From Rebecca billardiae RCC1528 (lineage: Eukaryota; Protista; Haptophyta), in the NCBI GenBank assembly GCA_965240325.2, contig OZ251225.1, positions 1,736,001-1,800,000 of the forward strand: 64,000 nucleotides of DNA. The letters run 5' to 3'. Position 1 is the stretch's first letter, and every line of letters begins with the position of its first letter. This document shows positions 24,180 through 38,211 of this stretch, piece by piece. Below the pieces are notes generated by a model. It made no database searches. It worked only from the letters and a program-made list of their open reading frames with translations, and was not told where the DNA came from. Made by a program: the position numbers and the translations under genes.

Positions 24180-24818
24180 TAACGACGTGGTATGCAACGG
24201 GCAGGCGTCAGAGTCAGCAAGCTGTAGCAGCAGATCGAGCAGCAGAGACAAACACCAGGATCAGCGCTCCTCGCCGTCGTCCCCCCCCCTCGTAGTCGCC
24301 CATCACTACATCGCCGAGCGGAAGCTCGACGCACCGTCTGGCGTCGACGCGCGCGCGCCACCGCGGTGGTCGCGGTGCCACGCGTCGTCAGCCGTCGTCT
24401 CGAAGTAGTCGTCGTATGCAGCGCCCCCGCGGGCGCGTGCCCCCGGGCGCACGTGCGCCATGCGCGCGCGGGCGATGAGCATCTTGGCCTGGCCACGCAG
24501 GCAGCGCATGCCCAGCTCGCGCCGCATGGTGCCGAGCAGCGCGCACTCGGCGGCGGGGCGCGAGGGCGCGCTGAGGCGCGCGCGCCACGTGTCCCGCCCC
24601 ATCTTGGCGATCTTCTTGAGGGTGAGGTCCACCTCCGCGCTCCACTCGCCGAAAGCCCCCACGACAATCAGGACGATCGCGGGGAAGGTGTCGAGCCGCG
24701 CCTCGTATGGGCCCACCTGGCCCTCAAGCGTGCCGTAGACCTCGCGGTCGAGGAGCTGCAGCTGCTTGCGCCGCTCGCGCGGGACGAGTTCCGCGCAGTG
24801 GCGCACCGCACCGTTGCG
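24180..24818 (-). mobile_element. 5'-truncated non-LTR retrotransposon fragment: C-terminal restriction-like endonuclease region (CRE/R2-group-like) plus 3' UTR
   Basis: ORF 24806-24306, ...LDREVYG...GPYEARLDTFPAIVLIVVGAFGEWS...RRELGMRCLRGQAKML, resembles the RLE tail of early-branching LINEs. Both ends abut TA repeats. Confidence 0.65.
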
Positions 24819-24828
24819 TATATATATA

Positions 24829-26817
<1,989 letters not shown>

Positions 26818-27579
26818 GTGTCCTCCTGCACAAAGATTGAAGCGGCGCCAATCGATGTGTATATATACTTGTGTGAGGTGGGGATTTGTCCCTGGATGAC
26901 GGGAAGAGCGACTGAGCCGACGGTGCCAAAGCTGCGCGCAGACTGCGCCAGCGTGTGGCAGCAAGGTCCCTGGCTCAGGCGAGCGTAGCACTCACAGGCC
27001 TGACAACAAGCTAGTCAACCACAACGGAGGCTGCAGGGGCGGATGGCGGGTTGAGCGACGAGCGAGCGAGCACGAGCAAAGAAGCACGCGACGACGAAGG
27101 AGATGGGGCCTCGTTTGCTGATGATGAGGCATGCACACAAGGGGCCGACTGGCCGTAACTGATGAGCAGCTTGTGAGCTCGGCGCGAAAGGCCGTATAAA
27201 GTGCCGATATGTGTGAGCTCGACTGGTTAGTTGCTTGATGAACTGGAAAGCTGCCACTCGGGCTGCAGATGATCTTGGATATGATCTCGAGCGCCGAATG
27301 GAAAGAGGAGCAGATGCAGAAGGAGCCAGCGGCAGCGTGATTGGCAGATATACAAAAGCGGCAGCGGCAGTGATGACGATAACGGAAAGCTTGTCCGAGG
27401 GATGGTCTTGGGAAAGGACGCGCTGGTACAGCTATCCGGATTGGGTACCAGCACGTAGCAACTACCTGCAGGATCAGGTAGACGATGGAGGCCCGCCTTG
27501 GCCTTGGCTGTCACGACACTGCGACGCATCACCTTCCAGCCTCCCGACACATTCGGTTATAACTGCGTTATAACGCCAC
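26818..27579 (+). mobile_element. Unclassified hairpin-GCCAC element, family A, short copy (762 bp)
   Basis: Starts GTGTCCTCC and ends GACAC-ATTCG-GTTATAAC-TGC-GTTATAAC-GCCAC. First 152 bp and last about 525 bp nearly identical to 27580-31760. Head-to-tail with it. Confidence 0.8.
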
Positions 27580-27994
27580 GTGTCCTCCTGCACAAAGATT
27601 GAAGCGGCGCCAATCGATGTGTATATATACTTGTGTGAGGTGGGGATTTGTCCCTGGATGACGGGAAGAGCGACTGAGCCGACGGTGCCAAAGCTGCGCG
27701 CAGACTGCGCCAGCGTGTGGCAGCAAGGTCCAGTTTGTGAGCAGGAGAGATCCCGTTGAGGATGAGGGCGCTGCAGCGAGATGCTGGAGGCGAGCGACAC
27801 GGAGGAGGCCGAAGGTGGCGAGGTGGCACGTCCTCGTTTTTTTTGTGGTTTTTCTTTTGGTAGGTTGTGTGTGTCCTGTGTGCGCGCGCGCGCACGCGCG
27901 CGCCGGTGCGTTGGGCAGAAAAGCCAGAGGCAGCAGCCCCAGCCAGACTGGCAGAAAAGCCTGCAGCAGCTGGATGGGGCAGCTGCTTTCGTCC

Positions 27995-29360
27995 GCCGAG
28001 CATTTGCATGCTCCACGGAACTGGAACAAAACAAAGTCACCCGGGCAGAAAAGCCCGGGCCAGTCGGGCAGAAAAGCCCGGGGCAGCCGCGAAGGGGCCG
28101 CCCCCCCGCCGAGCATACGCATGCTGCGGAACTGGAACAAAACAAGTCACCCGGGCAGAAAAGCCCGGGCCAGTCTGGCAGAAAAGCCCGGGGCAGCCGC
28201 GAAGGGGCCGCCCCCCGCCGAGCATACGCATGCTGCGGAACTGGAACAAAACAAAGTCACCCGGGCAGAAAAGCCAGGGCCAGTAGGGCAGAAAAGCCCG
28301 GGGCAGCCGCGAAGGGGCCGCCCCCCGCCGAGCATACGCATGCTGCGGAACTGGAACAAAACAAGGTCACCCGGGCAGAAAAGCCAGGGCCAGTTGGGCA
28401 GAAAAGCCCGGGGCAGCCGCGCAGGGGCCGCCCCCCGCCGAGCAGACGCATGCTGCGGAACTGGAACAAAACAAGTCACCCGGGCAGAAAAGCCCGGGCC
28501 AGTCGGGCAGAAAAGCCCGGGGCAGCCGCGAAGGGGCCGCCCCCCGCCGAGCATACGCATGCTGCGGAACTGGAACAAAACAAGTCACCCGGGCAGAAAA
28601 GCCCGGGCCAGTCGGGCAGAAAAGCCCGGGGCAGCCGCGAAGGGGCCGCCCCCCGCCGAGCATACGCATGCTGCGGAACTGGACGAACAAAACAAGGTCA
28701 CCCGGGCAGAAAAGCCCGGGCCAGTCGGGCAGAAAAGCCCAGGGCAGCAGCGAAGGGGCCGCCCCCCGCCGAGCATACGCATGCTGCGGAACTGGAACAA
28801 AACAAGTCACCCGGGCAGAAAAGCCCGGGCCAGTCGGGCAGAAAAGCCCGGGGCAGCCGCGAAGGGGCCGCCCCCCGCCGAGCATACGCATGCTGCGGAA
28901 CTGGAACAAAACAAGTCACCCGGGCAGAAAAGCCAGGGCCAGTAGGGCAGAAAAGCCCGGGGCAGCCGCGAAGGGGCCGCCCCCCGCCGAGCATACGCAT
29001 GCTGCGGAACTGGCGGAACAAAACAAAGTCACCCGGGCAGAAAAGCCCGGGCCAGTTAGGCAGAAAAGCCCGGGGCAGCCGCGAAGGGGCCGCCCCCCGC
29101 CGAGCATACGCATGCTGCGGAACTGGAACAAAACAAGTCACCCGGGCAGAAAAGCCCGGGCCAGTCGGGCAGAAAAGCCCGGGGCAGCCGCGAAGGGGCC
29201 GCCCCCCGCCGAGCATACGCATGCTGCGGAACTGGAACAAAACAAGTCACCCGGGCAGAAAAGCCCGGGCCAGTCGGGCAGAAAAGCCCGGGGCAGCCGC
29301 GAAGGGGCCGCCCGGCCCCGCCGAGCATACGCATGCTGCGGAACTGGAACAAAACAAAGT
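27995..29360. repeat. About 110-bp tandem repeat, about 12 units
   Basis: Unit GCATACGCATGCTGCGGAACTGGAACAAAACAA...GGGCAGAAAAGCCC (twice per unit). GGAACTGG recurs 13 times at about 109-113 bp spacing. Confidence 0.95.
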
Positions 29361-29399
29361 CGCCAAAACCAAGTGCCAGTCAGGCAGAGAACGTCGCTG

Positions 29400-31260
29400 A
29401 CTGAGCAGTGTCGAGGCAGGAGCGCTGCGGCAGCGAGCGCGCCGGCGGGGCGGCCGCAGGCCGTTGTTGAGCTGAGCGAGCGCGCGCTCGCCCTGCTGCG
29501 GGCGAGCGGCAGCGAGCGGCGGCGCGAATGGAGCGTGCGGCGAGCACGGCCACGCCGAGTGCGAGCGGCACCGCCACCGCGCGCCGAGGAGGCAGCAGCG
29601 GGCGGCGAGCTGTCGAGGCCGGAGCGCGGCGGCGGCGAGCGCGGCGGCGGCGCTGCAGCAGGCTGTGTCGAGCTGCGCGAGCGTGCGCTCACCCTGCTGC
29701 TGGCGAGCGGCAGCAAAAGCGAGCGGCGGCGCGAATGGAGCGTGCGGCGAGCACGGCCACGCCGAGTGCAAGCGGCACCGCCACTGCGCGCCAAGGAGGC
29801 AGCAGAGGGCGGCGAGCTGTCAAGGCAGGAGCGCGGCGGCAGCGAGCGCGGCGGCAGCGCGGCAGCAGGCTGTTGTTGAGCTGCGCGAGCGCGCGCTCGC
29901 CCTGCTGCGGGCGAGCGGCATCGAGCGGCGGCGCGAATGGAGCGTGCGGCGAGCACGGCCACGCCGAGTGCGAGCGGCACCGCCACCGCGCGCCGAGGAG
30001 GCAGCAGCGGGCGGCGAGCTGTCGAGGCCGGAGCGCGGCGGCGGCGAGCGCGGCGGCGGCGCTGCAGCAGGCTGTGTCGAGCTGCGCGAGCGTGCGCTCA
30101 CCCTGCTGCTGGCGAGCGGCAGCAAAAGCGAGCGGCGGCGCGAATGGAGCGTGCGGCGAGCACGGCCACGCCGAGTGCAAGCGGCACCACCACTGCGCGC
30201 CAAGGAGGCAGCAGAGGGCGGCGAGCTGTCAAGGCAGGAGCGCGGCGGCAGCGAGCGCGGCGGCAGCGCGGCAGCAGGCTGTTGTTGAGCTGCGCGAGCG
30301 CGCGCTCGCCCTGCTGCGGGCGAGCGGCATCGAGCGGCGGCGCGAATGGAGCGTGCGGCGAGCACGGCCACGCCGAGTGCGAGCGGCACCGCCACCGCGC
30401 GCCGAGGAGGCAGCAGCGGGCGGCGAGCTGTCGAGGCCGGAGCGCGGCGGCGGCAAGCGCGGCGGCGGCGCTGCAGCAGGCTGTGTCGAGCTGCGCGAGC
30501 GTGCGCTCACCCTGCTGCGGGCGAGCGGCAGCAAAAGCGAGCGGCGGCGCGAATGGAGCGTGCGGCGAGCACGGCCACGCCGAGTGCGAGCGGCACCACC
30601 ACCGCGTGCTGTGGCGGCAGCAGCGGGCAGCGGGCAGCGAGCCGTCGAGGCAGGAGCGCGGCAGCAGCGAGCGCGGCGGCAGCGCGGCAGCAGGCTGTTG
30701 TTGGGCTGCGCGAGTGCGCGCTCGCCCTGCTGCGGGCGAGCGGCAGCGAGCGGCGGCGCGAATGGAGCGGGCGGCGAGCACGGCCACGCCGAGTGCAAGC
30801 GGCACCACCACGGCGCGCCGTGGCGGCGGCAGCAGCGACGACGAGCACGAGCAAACAAGCACCACCACCATCGCGCGCCTGTTGCGTTGTGCGAGCGCGC
30901 GCTCGCCCTGCTGCGGGCGAGCGGCAGCGGGCGGTGGCGCGAATGGAGCGTGCGGCGAGCACGGCCATGCCGAGGGCGAGCGGCACCACCACCGCGCGCC
31001 GTGGCGGCAGCAGCGGGCAGCGAGCCGTCGAGGCAGGAGCGCGGCAGCAGCGAGCGTGGCGGCAGTGTGGCTGCAGGCTGTTGTTGAGCTGCGCGAGCGC
31101 GCGCTCGCCCTGCTGCTCCGGGCGAGCGGCAGCGAGCGGCGGCGCGAACGGAGCGCGCGGCGAGCACGGCCACGCCGAGTGCAAGCGGCACCACCACCGC
31201 GCGCCGTGGCGGCGGCAGCAGCGACGACGAGCACGAGCGACGAGCGAGCGAGCACGAGCA
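29400..31260. repeat. About 200-bp GC-rich tandem repeat, about 9 units, partly a 409-bp dimer
   Basis: GAATGGAGCGTGCGGCGAGCACGGCCACGCCGAGTGC-like core recurs every 180-210 bp. Confidence 0.92.
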
Positions 31261-31760
31261 AAGAAGCACGCGACGACGAAGGAGATGGGGCCTCGTTTGC
31301 TGATGATGAGGCATGCACACAAGGGGCCGACTGGCCGTAACTGATGAGCAGCTTGTGAGCTCGGCGCGAAAGGCCGTATAAAGTGCCGATATGTGTGAGC
31401 TCGACTGGTTAGTTGCTTGATGAACTGGAAAGCTGCCACTCGGGCTGCAGATGATCTTGGATATGATCTCGAGCGCCGAATGGAAAGAGGAGCAGATGCA
31501 GAAGGAGCCAGCGGCAGCGTGATTGGCAGATATACAAAGCGGCAGCGGCCGTGATGACGATAACGGAAAGCTTGTCCGAGGGATGGTCTTGGGAAAGGAC
31601 GCGCTGGTACAGCTATCCGGATTGGGTACCAGCACGTAGCAACTACCTGCAGGATCAGGTAGACGATGGAGGCCCGCCTTGGCCTTGGCTGTCACGACAC
31701 TGCGACGCATCACCTTCCAGCCTCCCGACACATTCGGTTATAACTGCGTTATAACGCCAC

Positions 31761-31809
31761 ATACATACATACATACATACATACATACATACATACATAC
31801 ATACATACA

Positions 31810-31871
<62 letters not shown>

Positions 31872-31903
31872 TATAAATAAAATAAATAATAAAAGAATCA
31901 TTA

Positions 31904-31982
<79 letters not shown>
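31761..31982. repeat. (ATAC)n then (AT)n microsatellite with an AT-rich interruption
   Basis: Directly visible. Confidence 0.97.
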
Positions 31983-32771
31983 GTCTAGCCACTCCGCCAT
32001 GCCCGGCTCGCACAAGGCGTCGGGTACGAATGGACTCTGGAGCTGGATGGTCGCGGCGCGCGGCGTCGTGGAGTAGACAGACCAGAATGATCAATCATGG
32101 AACGATCAGGTTAGCTATGTTGGGATTTGAGCAACGAACGACAGCGGGCGCTGGCAGCGGCGTGGCGGTTGAGCTGCTGCCCGAGGTCGAGAGGGCGCCC
32201 GCGAGTCGTCAGTCACTGAGCAAGGTCGATTAGGGCTGATGGCTCGCTGACGCTGCAGTGCTTCCATATCCGCCAGAGGCCGAGGGTGGGCGGGCGGGCA
32301 AACGATGAAGCGTGCGGGTTGACGCGACAGCGGCGAGAGCAAGAGACCATATTGCATGAGGGGCGACGCGGCGAAGACAGTAGATGATGTCGTCGCGCCG
32401 CCGAACGATCAGGCGGGGAGCCGGGCCACACAGACAGCCAGCGACCTTACCGAGCAGAGGGGCTGCGGCGACTGCGGTGCACCTCCTGCAGCGGAGAGTG
32501 CACCCGGCAGTGCCCGATGCAGGCGATTCCCTTGCCCAGCTCGGCGCCTTCGTCGCGAGCAGCCCCATGGCGCCCCCGAGAGCGAAGCCTGATCGATCCG
32601 ATGTGAGCGGTAACCAACCGAGTCCTGCAGGTGCGCCGCTGTGGGCCAGATTGCCAGTGCACCAGGACTCCTGCGCGCGGCGGTGCGCGCGGGACAACGC
32701 AGGAATGCCGTGCGAGCCGGATTCTTGGCGTCGCTCATAGACACTCAGTTATAGGTTCCCTATAACGCCAC
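31983..32771 (+). mobile_element. Unclassified hairpin-GCCAC element, family B copy 1 (789 bp)
   Basis: Starts GTCTAGCCAC and ends TAGAC-ACTCA-GTTATAGG-TTC-CCTATAAC-GCCAC. Head-to-tail with copy 2. Confidence 0.8.
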
Positions 32772-33651
32772 GTCTAGCCACTCCGCCATGCCCGACTCGC
32801 ACAAGGCGTCGGGTACGAATGGACTCTGGAGCTGGATGGTCGCGGCGCGCGGCGTCGTCATCGTGGAGTAGACAGACCACAATGATCAATCATGGAACGA
32901 TCAGGTTAGCTATGTTGGGATTTGAGCAACGAACGACAGCGGGCGCTGGCAGCGGCGTGGCGGTTGAGCTGCTGCCCGAGGTCGAGAGGGCGCCCGCGAG
33001 TCCCGTTTATAAGTTGGAGCGGGCGTCCAAGTAGTCGTTGATGAATCCCGTTTAGAAATAGAAGAGACGAGGACTGCGCGGCCGCGCGCGCACGATCGAT
33101 CGCGACGCGCGGCGAGCAGACACGCGTCAGAGTGCGCCGCACCCGCGCGACGCACGGGCGCGAGGCGAGCGCGTATCTCAAACGATGAAGCGTGCGGGTT
33201 GACGCGACAGCGGCGAGAGCAAGAGACCATATTGCATGAGGGGCGACGCGGCGAAGACAGTAGATGATGTCGTCGCGCCGCCGAACGATCAGGCGGGGAG
33301 CCGGGCCACACAGACAGCCAGCGACCTTACCGAGCAGAGGGGCTGCGGCGACTGCGGTGCACCTCCTGCAGCGGAGAGTGCACCCGGCAGTGCTCGATGC
33401 AGGCGATTCCCTTGCCCAGCTCGGCGCCTTCGTCGCGAGCAGCCCCATGGCGCCCCCGAGAGCGAAGCCTGATCGATCCGATGTGAGCGGTAACCAACCG
33501 AGTCCTGCAGGTGCGCCGCTGTGGGCCAGATTGCCAGTGCACCAGGACTCCTGCGCGCGGCGGTGCGCGCGGGACAACGCAGGAATGCCGTGCGAGCCGG
33601 ATTCTTGGCGTCGCTCATAGACACTCAGTTATAGGTTCCCTATAACGCCAC
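32772..33651 (+). mobile_element. Unclassified hairpin-GCCAC element, family B copy 2 (880 bp)
   Basis: Same termini as copy 1. Differs by a 6-nt insertion, a few SNPs and a swapped internal segment. Followed by (AT)n(GT)n. Confidence 0.8.

Positions 33652-33741
<90 letters not shown>
33652..33741. repeat. (AT)n(GT)n microsatellite
   Basis: Directly visible. Confidence 0.98.
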
Positions 33742-33744
<3 letters not shown>

Positions 33745-33856
33745 TAGCCGTCCTCGGAGCGCCTGCGCCATCCAGATGCAGTGAGGAGGTGAGGCACGCG
33801 CCGGGCAGGGCGGAGCCACGCGGCGAGAGACCAGACTCTATACATTGTATGGGATT

Positions 33857-36800
33857 TGTCAAAGGAATCGCCCATCTACAGTGATTTCCAATTTCCAATC
33901 CAACATTTTACTCGCAGTCACACAGTGGCGGCGCGACCGCTGCGGCGGCGCTCGCACAAAATCCTCCAAAATCAACGACCTGAACCTCATCCTAAAATAC
34001 AGCAGGACAGCATGGCTGGCGGCGACCTGGCGGCGACATCTCGAAGCATTCCAGATGCTTCTTAGAAATGAACGAAACATGAGCCGATCACACAAAACAC
34101 GCTGAGCTCACCACCGCAAACAAGAGCCGAAGCTCGACCGCGACTCGACCGTCAAGCTCAAGACGCGTTCCCTGACATGCTAGCACGGTGCTGGGAGAAC
34201 TTGGGCAAGGATGGAGACGACGAGAACAGCGGCAAGGACGTGAACGGCCATCAGCCCGCCCCAGTTGCTCCCCTCATTGGGTTGAAGCCAGGCGTGGCAG
34301 AGCGCCCGGCAATGCCGCGCAGCTCATCGGCGATCGCGCGCAAGCGCACGCCAGACTACCTCGCCGCTGCCCTGAGGGGCATGCAGGCTGAGAAGAACCG
34401 GCAAGGCGAGAAGCTCACGCTTCTCCGCAAGCCCATCTCCAGCGCCTACGGGCCTGGCAACACCGCTGACCTGAATTCAGGCAGCCACGCGTCGAGTGCG
34501 ATTGCACCGCGCGTCGACTGGCTTCATGCCGAGTCAATCAAGGATCACCTTGAGGAGGAGGTTCGCGCACAGCGCGGTGAGGAGGAGCGTTGCCGCTCGC
34601 ATCCCCCGCCATCGCGCCACTCCATCCGCACGCACGTCGTTGCGCAGGGGATCTCAACAACTACCGCCCGGGACTCTGCGCCCGCGAGCGCGGTTCAAGA
34701 GCGCGCGGCTGAGAGCCCGCAGCTCAAGGAGTGCCTTGCGGCCTCCGAGTCATCGAACGAGGTCACCGAGCGTTCCGGGGCAGATGCAGCGCTCGACGCT
34801 GCTGCCGCCGATGCCGCTTTGACCGTCGAGGCCCTCGAGCCTGCCGACGCTGCTCGGCGTGCTGGCCTTCTGGCCGCCGCCAATGACAGCGCGGTCGTGA
34901 CCGCAGTCAGTCTGCAGCCTCGCGCGCATGACACTGTGTCTGAGTCTGACCGATCGAACGATGACATTAGCACCGATGAGTGCGACTCTAACGACCCGTA
35001 TGGTCTGGCAGAGCAAACTATGCTCCAAGATGCTACGACGCGTGACTCTGTCACAGCGAGCTCAAGCATTAAGTCAGCGGCCGCATTTATTGTTGATGCG
35101 CCTGATGACCCAAACAAATACGTTTACCCCAAAACTACAAGCCTCACGATGGCTTCCGAAGCCGAGCTGCTCGCCACGAGCGACACAAGCAGCCGCGAGA
35201 TGACCGCCGCAGAGACGGCAGAGTCCTCGTCTGGCACGTATCGACTCGCGTCGAACGTAGGAAGCGCATACGATGCAGGGGGGGCATCATACATCTGCTT
35301 GACGGCAAAGCCGCAGCAAAACCAAGTTGGCGAGCGCGACGCGCGTGCGCATGCATCAGCTGCGTCAGCCATCACAACGCCACACTCTTGCAAGGAAGAG
35401 TATTCCGCCGAAGCTGCCGCGGATGCACATGCATCACCGCAGGACAGAACGAGCGTGAAGAAGCCCAAAGAAGGCACCACAGCCTCGACGAGGGTCACTC
35501 CTCGCTCGAAGGTAGAGCGCGAATCGCCACAGAGCGCGCGCGACATATCGACCAATGCACTTGAGTCGAAGAAACGTGACTGGATAGTCATCGAAGGAGG
35601 AGTCACAGACTCTAATCCAACCAAGAAGGAACGTGTGTTCATGGCACGCGAATCTTCGGCAGGAGTGGATACACCCGCCACACACAAGCTGACACAGTCG
35701 GCTCTGAAATCCAAGCGCGCGGTACACAGCGCGATACGGGATGCACTCGCAGAAGTGAGCACCTACTACAAGGGCAAATCCTCAGTTGTCACACCTGACA
35801 TAATGGAGCCCAAGGATAGCAAGCTATCCGGCTTTCAGCTCATTGCCAAAGACAAATGGGTGAAAGACGCAGCCAAAATCGATCCATACAAGGCTGACAA
35901 CGCTGACGCCAACAAGATCGGATCGGTCTACGATCGATCTGCGGCAGCGATATTCAAGCAGCTGAAGGACTCTATCGAGCCTCAGTTATTCGCCTATCTG
36001 GAATCGAAGCTGCACATCAGCGATCCGACCAAGAATTACTTGGATCTGGCGCTGCTGCTACAGATATTTGAGCGCGAGCTCAAGATCACAACTATGTCCG
36101 AACTCAGGGATGAATTCCTGAAGTTATACCCGACAAAGGTGTCGCCCATTGGCGCATCGGACATTATCAAGAAATCCGTCGAGCAAGTCCGCTCATCTCG
36201 ATATGGGAATCTGGACGATGCCACGATGTTGGTCTTCAAGCTGTATAACAGCATGCACGACCATCCCCAAGTCTACGAGTCAGTTATCTCGCACTTCGGT
36301 TCGCTCACGCCCGAGCAATGTGTGGATAACACTGACCAGATAATGGCCCAGATGGAAGATGCCTACAAACGGCACGGCTCAATGAAGCTACTCCATCAGA
36401 ACAATACCAAGGGGAGAGAGACCGACAATTATTCCAAGATACGCCAAAATGCTGATTATCAGCAAGGCACGCGGCGACGCGGTGACTTTGAGGGCGCCGA
36501 AGTCTTCGCCGCTCAGGCCCAAAAGGCTCCAGCCAATGGCGAGAGCGGGCCGAATAACTCGGACACCGGCAAACGGTGCACTCACTGTGGTCTCAAGAAC
36601 CATACTGCCCAGCAGTGTTGGAAGCTCCACCCAGAGCTACGCCCCAAGGCCAACAATTACACCAAAGGCAAAAACAAGGGAGCCAACAAATTTCCCAAGG
36701 AGCGTATCCATTTCCTGGATATTCCTGCTCCGGATGCCTATGATTAACTATCAAGGCAGGGCATGGCCCAATAGCAAGGTCCAAGATCAAGGCCAAAGAG

Positions 36801-37345
36801 TGAACATTTGGTGCAAATAAGCCCAGGACTGACTCGGGTTACCCAAAACCGTCACACGGAAGTCCCAGCACATGACCCGTATCCTGGCATTGGCAACCAT
36901 TACTGACTCCAATTCACTCATGCACACAGGTGCACAAACAATACCAAGCCCAAAATCAAGCCCAAAATCACTCATAATCCAAGCTTAGTCCTCACAGACG
37001 AGCGCATATTGGATTGAGGGGGGGTGTCAAAGGAATCGCCAATCTACAGTGATTTCCAATTTCCAATCCAACATTTTACTCGCAGTCACACAGTGGCGGC
37101 GCGACCGCTGCGGCGGCGCTCGCACAAAATCCTCCAAAATCAACGACCTGAACCTCATCCTAAAATACAGCAGGACAGCATGGCTGGCGGCGACCTGGCG
37201 GCGACATCTCGAAGCATTCCAGATGCTTCTTAGAAATGAACGAAACATGAGCCGATCACACAAAACACGCTGAGCTCACCACCGCAAACAAGAGCCGAAG
37301 CTCGACCGCGACTCGACCGTCAAGCTCAAGACGCGTTCCCTGACA
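33857..37345 (+). mobile_element. Gag-only (non-autonomous) Copia-like LTR retrotransposon
   Basis: 321-bp LTRs 33857-34177 and 37025-37345 (TGTCA...TGACA; one mismatch seen). 5-bp TSD GGATT. PPT GAGGGGGGG before the 3' LTR. PBS-like TGCTAGCACGG after the 5' LTR. Confidence 0.93.
34177..36747 (+). CDS. Gag-like protein with CCHC zinc knuckle (true start uncertain)
   Basis: 856-aa ORF. CTHCGLKNHTAQQCWKLHPELRP is a Copia-type CX2CX4HX4C knuckle. No protease, integrase or RT motifs follow. Confidence 0.8.
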   Translation: MLARCWENLGKDGDDENSGKDVNGHQPAPVAPLIGLKPGVAERPAMPRSSSAIARKRTPDYLAAALRGMQAEKNRQGEKLTLLRKPISSAYGPGNTADLNSGSHASSAIAPRVDWLHAESIKDHLEEEVRAQRGEEERCRSHPPPSRHSIRTHVVAQGISTTTARDSAPASAVQERAAESPQLKECLAASESSNEVTERSGADAALDAAAADAALTVEALEPADAARRAGLLAAANDSAVVTAVSLQPRAHDTVSESDRSNDDISTDECDSNDPYGLAEQTMLQDATTRDSVTASSSIKSAAAFIVDAPDDPNKYVYPKTTSLTMASEAELLATSDTSSREMTAAETAESSSGTYRLASNVGSAYDAGGASYICLTAKPQQNQVGERDARAHASAASAITTPHSCKEEYSAEAAADAHASPQDRTSVKKPKEGTTASTRVTPRSKVERESPQSARDISTNALESKKRDWIVIEGGVTDSNPTKKERVFMARESSAGVDTPATHKLTQSALKSKRAVHSAIRDALAEVSTYYKGKSSVVTPDIMEPKDSKLSGFQLIAKDKWVKDAAKIDPYKADNADANKIGSVYDRSAAAIFKQLKDSIEPQLFAYLESKLHISDPTKNYLDLALLLQIFERELKITTMSELRDEFLKLYPTKVSPIGASDIIKKSVEQVRSSRYGNLDDATMLVFKLYNSMHDHPQVYESVISHFGSLTPEQCVDNTDQIMAQMEDAYKRHGSMKLLHQNNTKGRETDNYSKIRQNADYQQGTRRRGDFEGAEVFAAQAQKAPANGESGPNNSDTGKRCTHCGLKNHTAQQCWKLHPELRPKANNYTKGKNKGANKFPKERIHFLDIPAPDAYD

Positions 37346-38089
37346 GGATTTTTGTTCCTCGAAACAAAGTGCGAGCGGCAGCCAGCGCTCGGGCCGAGCG
37401 CGCGGCAGGACTGGCCGCTCGACGCCGACAGACGCGCGGTGTGAGATGATCCCTCCAGCGCGCCGGCCCGCAGAGTGAGAGAGCGAGCAGCATGCCAAAC
37501 CGAGGAACAGATCGATGGCAGAGGGCGCACCGCGCCGACGCAGCGGCGAAAATGCCAGGCAACATCAAGCTGCCAACAGCAGGGGTGGGCGGGTGGGGCA
37601 GCTTGGACGACGCAGCTCGAGAGCCGCCAAGCCGCACGACAGCGAGGCACGAAGGACATCGCGCACAGGGCGCCTCGAAGCTGCGGGCCGCCGGAAACAG
37701 CTGCAGCCATCAGGACAGTGGGCGCTTCCGAAGGGCGCTCGCTGCGAGTGAGCGGGAGGCATGCAGCAGCGACGGTAACGGTTGGCTCGGCGCCTGATGA
37801 AAAACCCAGTTCACGAATTGGCCGTCCTGACCGCCATGCCAACCATGCCTAGTTACCTATGGCCCAGGAGCAGCGCAGTGAGTATAGGTCGTTCTAGGCC
37901 GCCGTGCGTGCGCACAGAGCACTGGCTCGAAAGTCCCTCGTGGGACGAGAAGAGGGTGGCCAAGATGGCAGCCGGACTTGAGCTCGGCCGCCTGGCTCAG
38001 GCTGAATGGCAGGCAGGTGTTGATACGGCGCATTGCGCTCCCACCGTCCTCTTCAAAGACATCAATCAGTTATTATGTGCCAATAACCC

Positions 38090-38211
<122 letters not shown>

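Larger units (their letters stand above)
27580..31760 (+). mobile_element. Unclassified hairpin-GCCAC element, family A, long copy (4181 bp) with internal satellites
   Basis: Same termini as 26818-27579. Followed directly by (ATAC)n. Confidence 0.8.

Noticed and set aside
27159-27210. Hammerhead-like core CTGATGA...GAAA in family A (also near 31341)
   Set aside because: Stem II is plausible, but I cannot form stem III ending in UH or a stem I, and families B and C lack it. An Infernal search would settle this; a hit would favour a Penelope-like origin.
27995-29360. CRISPR-like appearance of regular repeats (also 60401-64000)
   Set aside because: No unique spacers, no cas genes, eukaryotic context. 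These are plain tandem repeats.
27737-31731. Long ORFs in several frames across the satellites (also 59759-63881)
   Set aside because: Stop-poor repeats with unit lengths that shift frame. No protein motifs.
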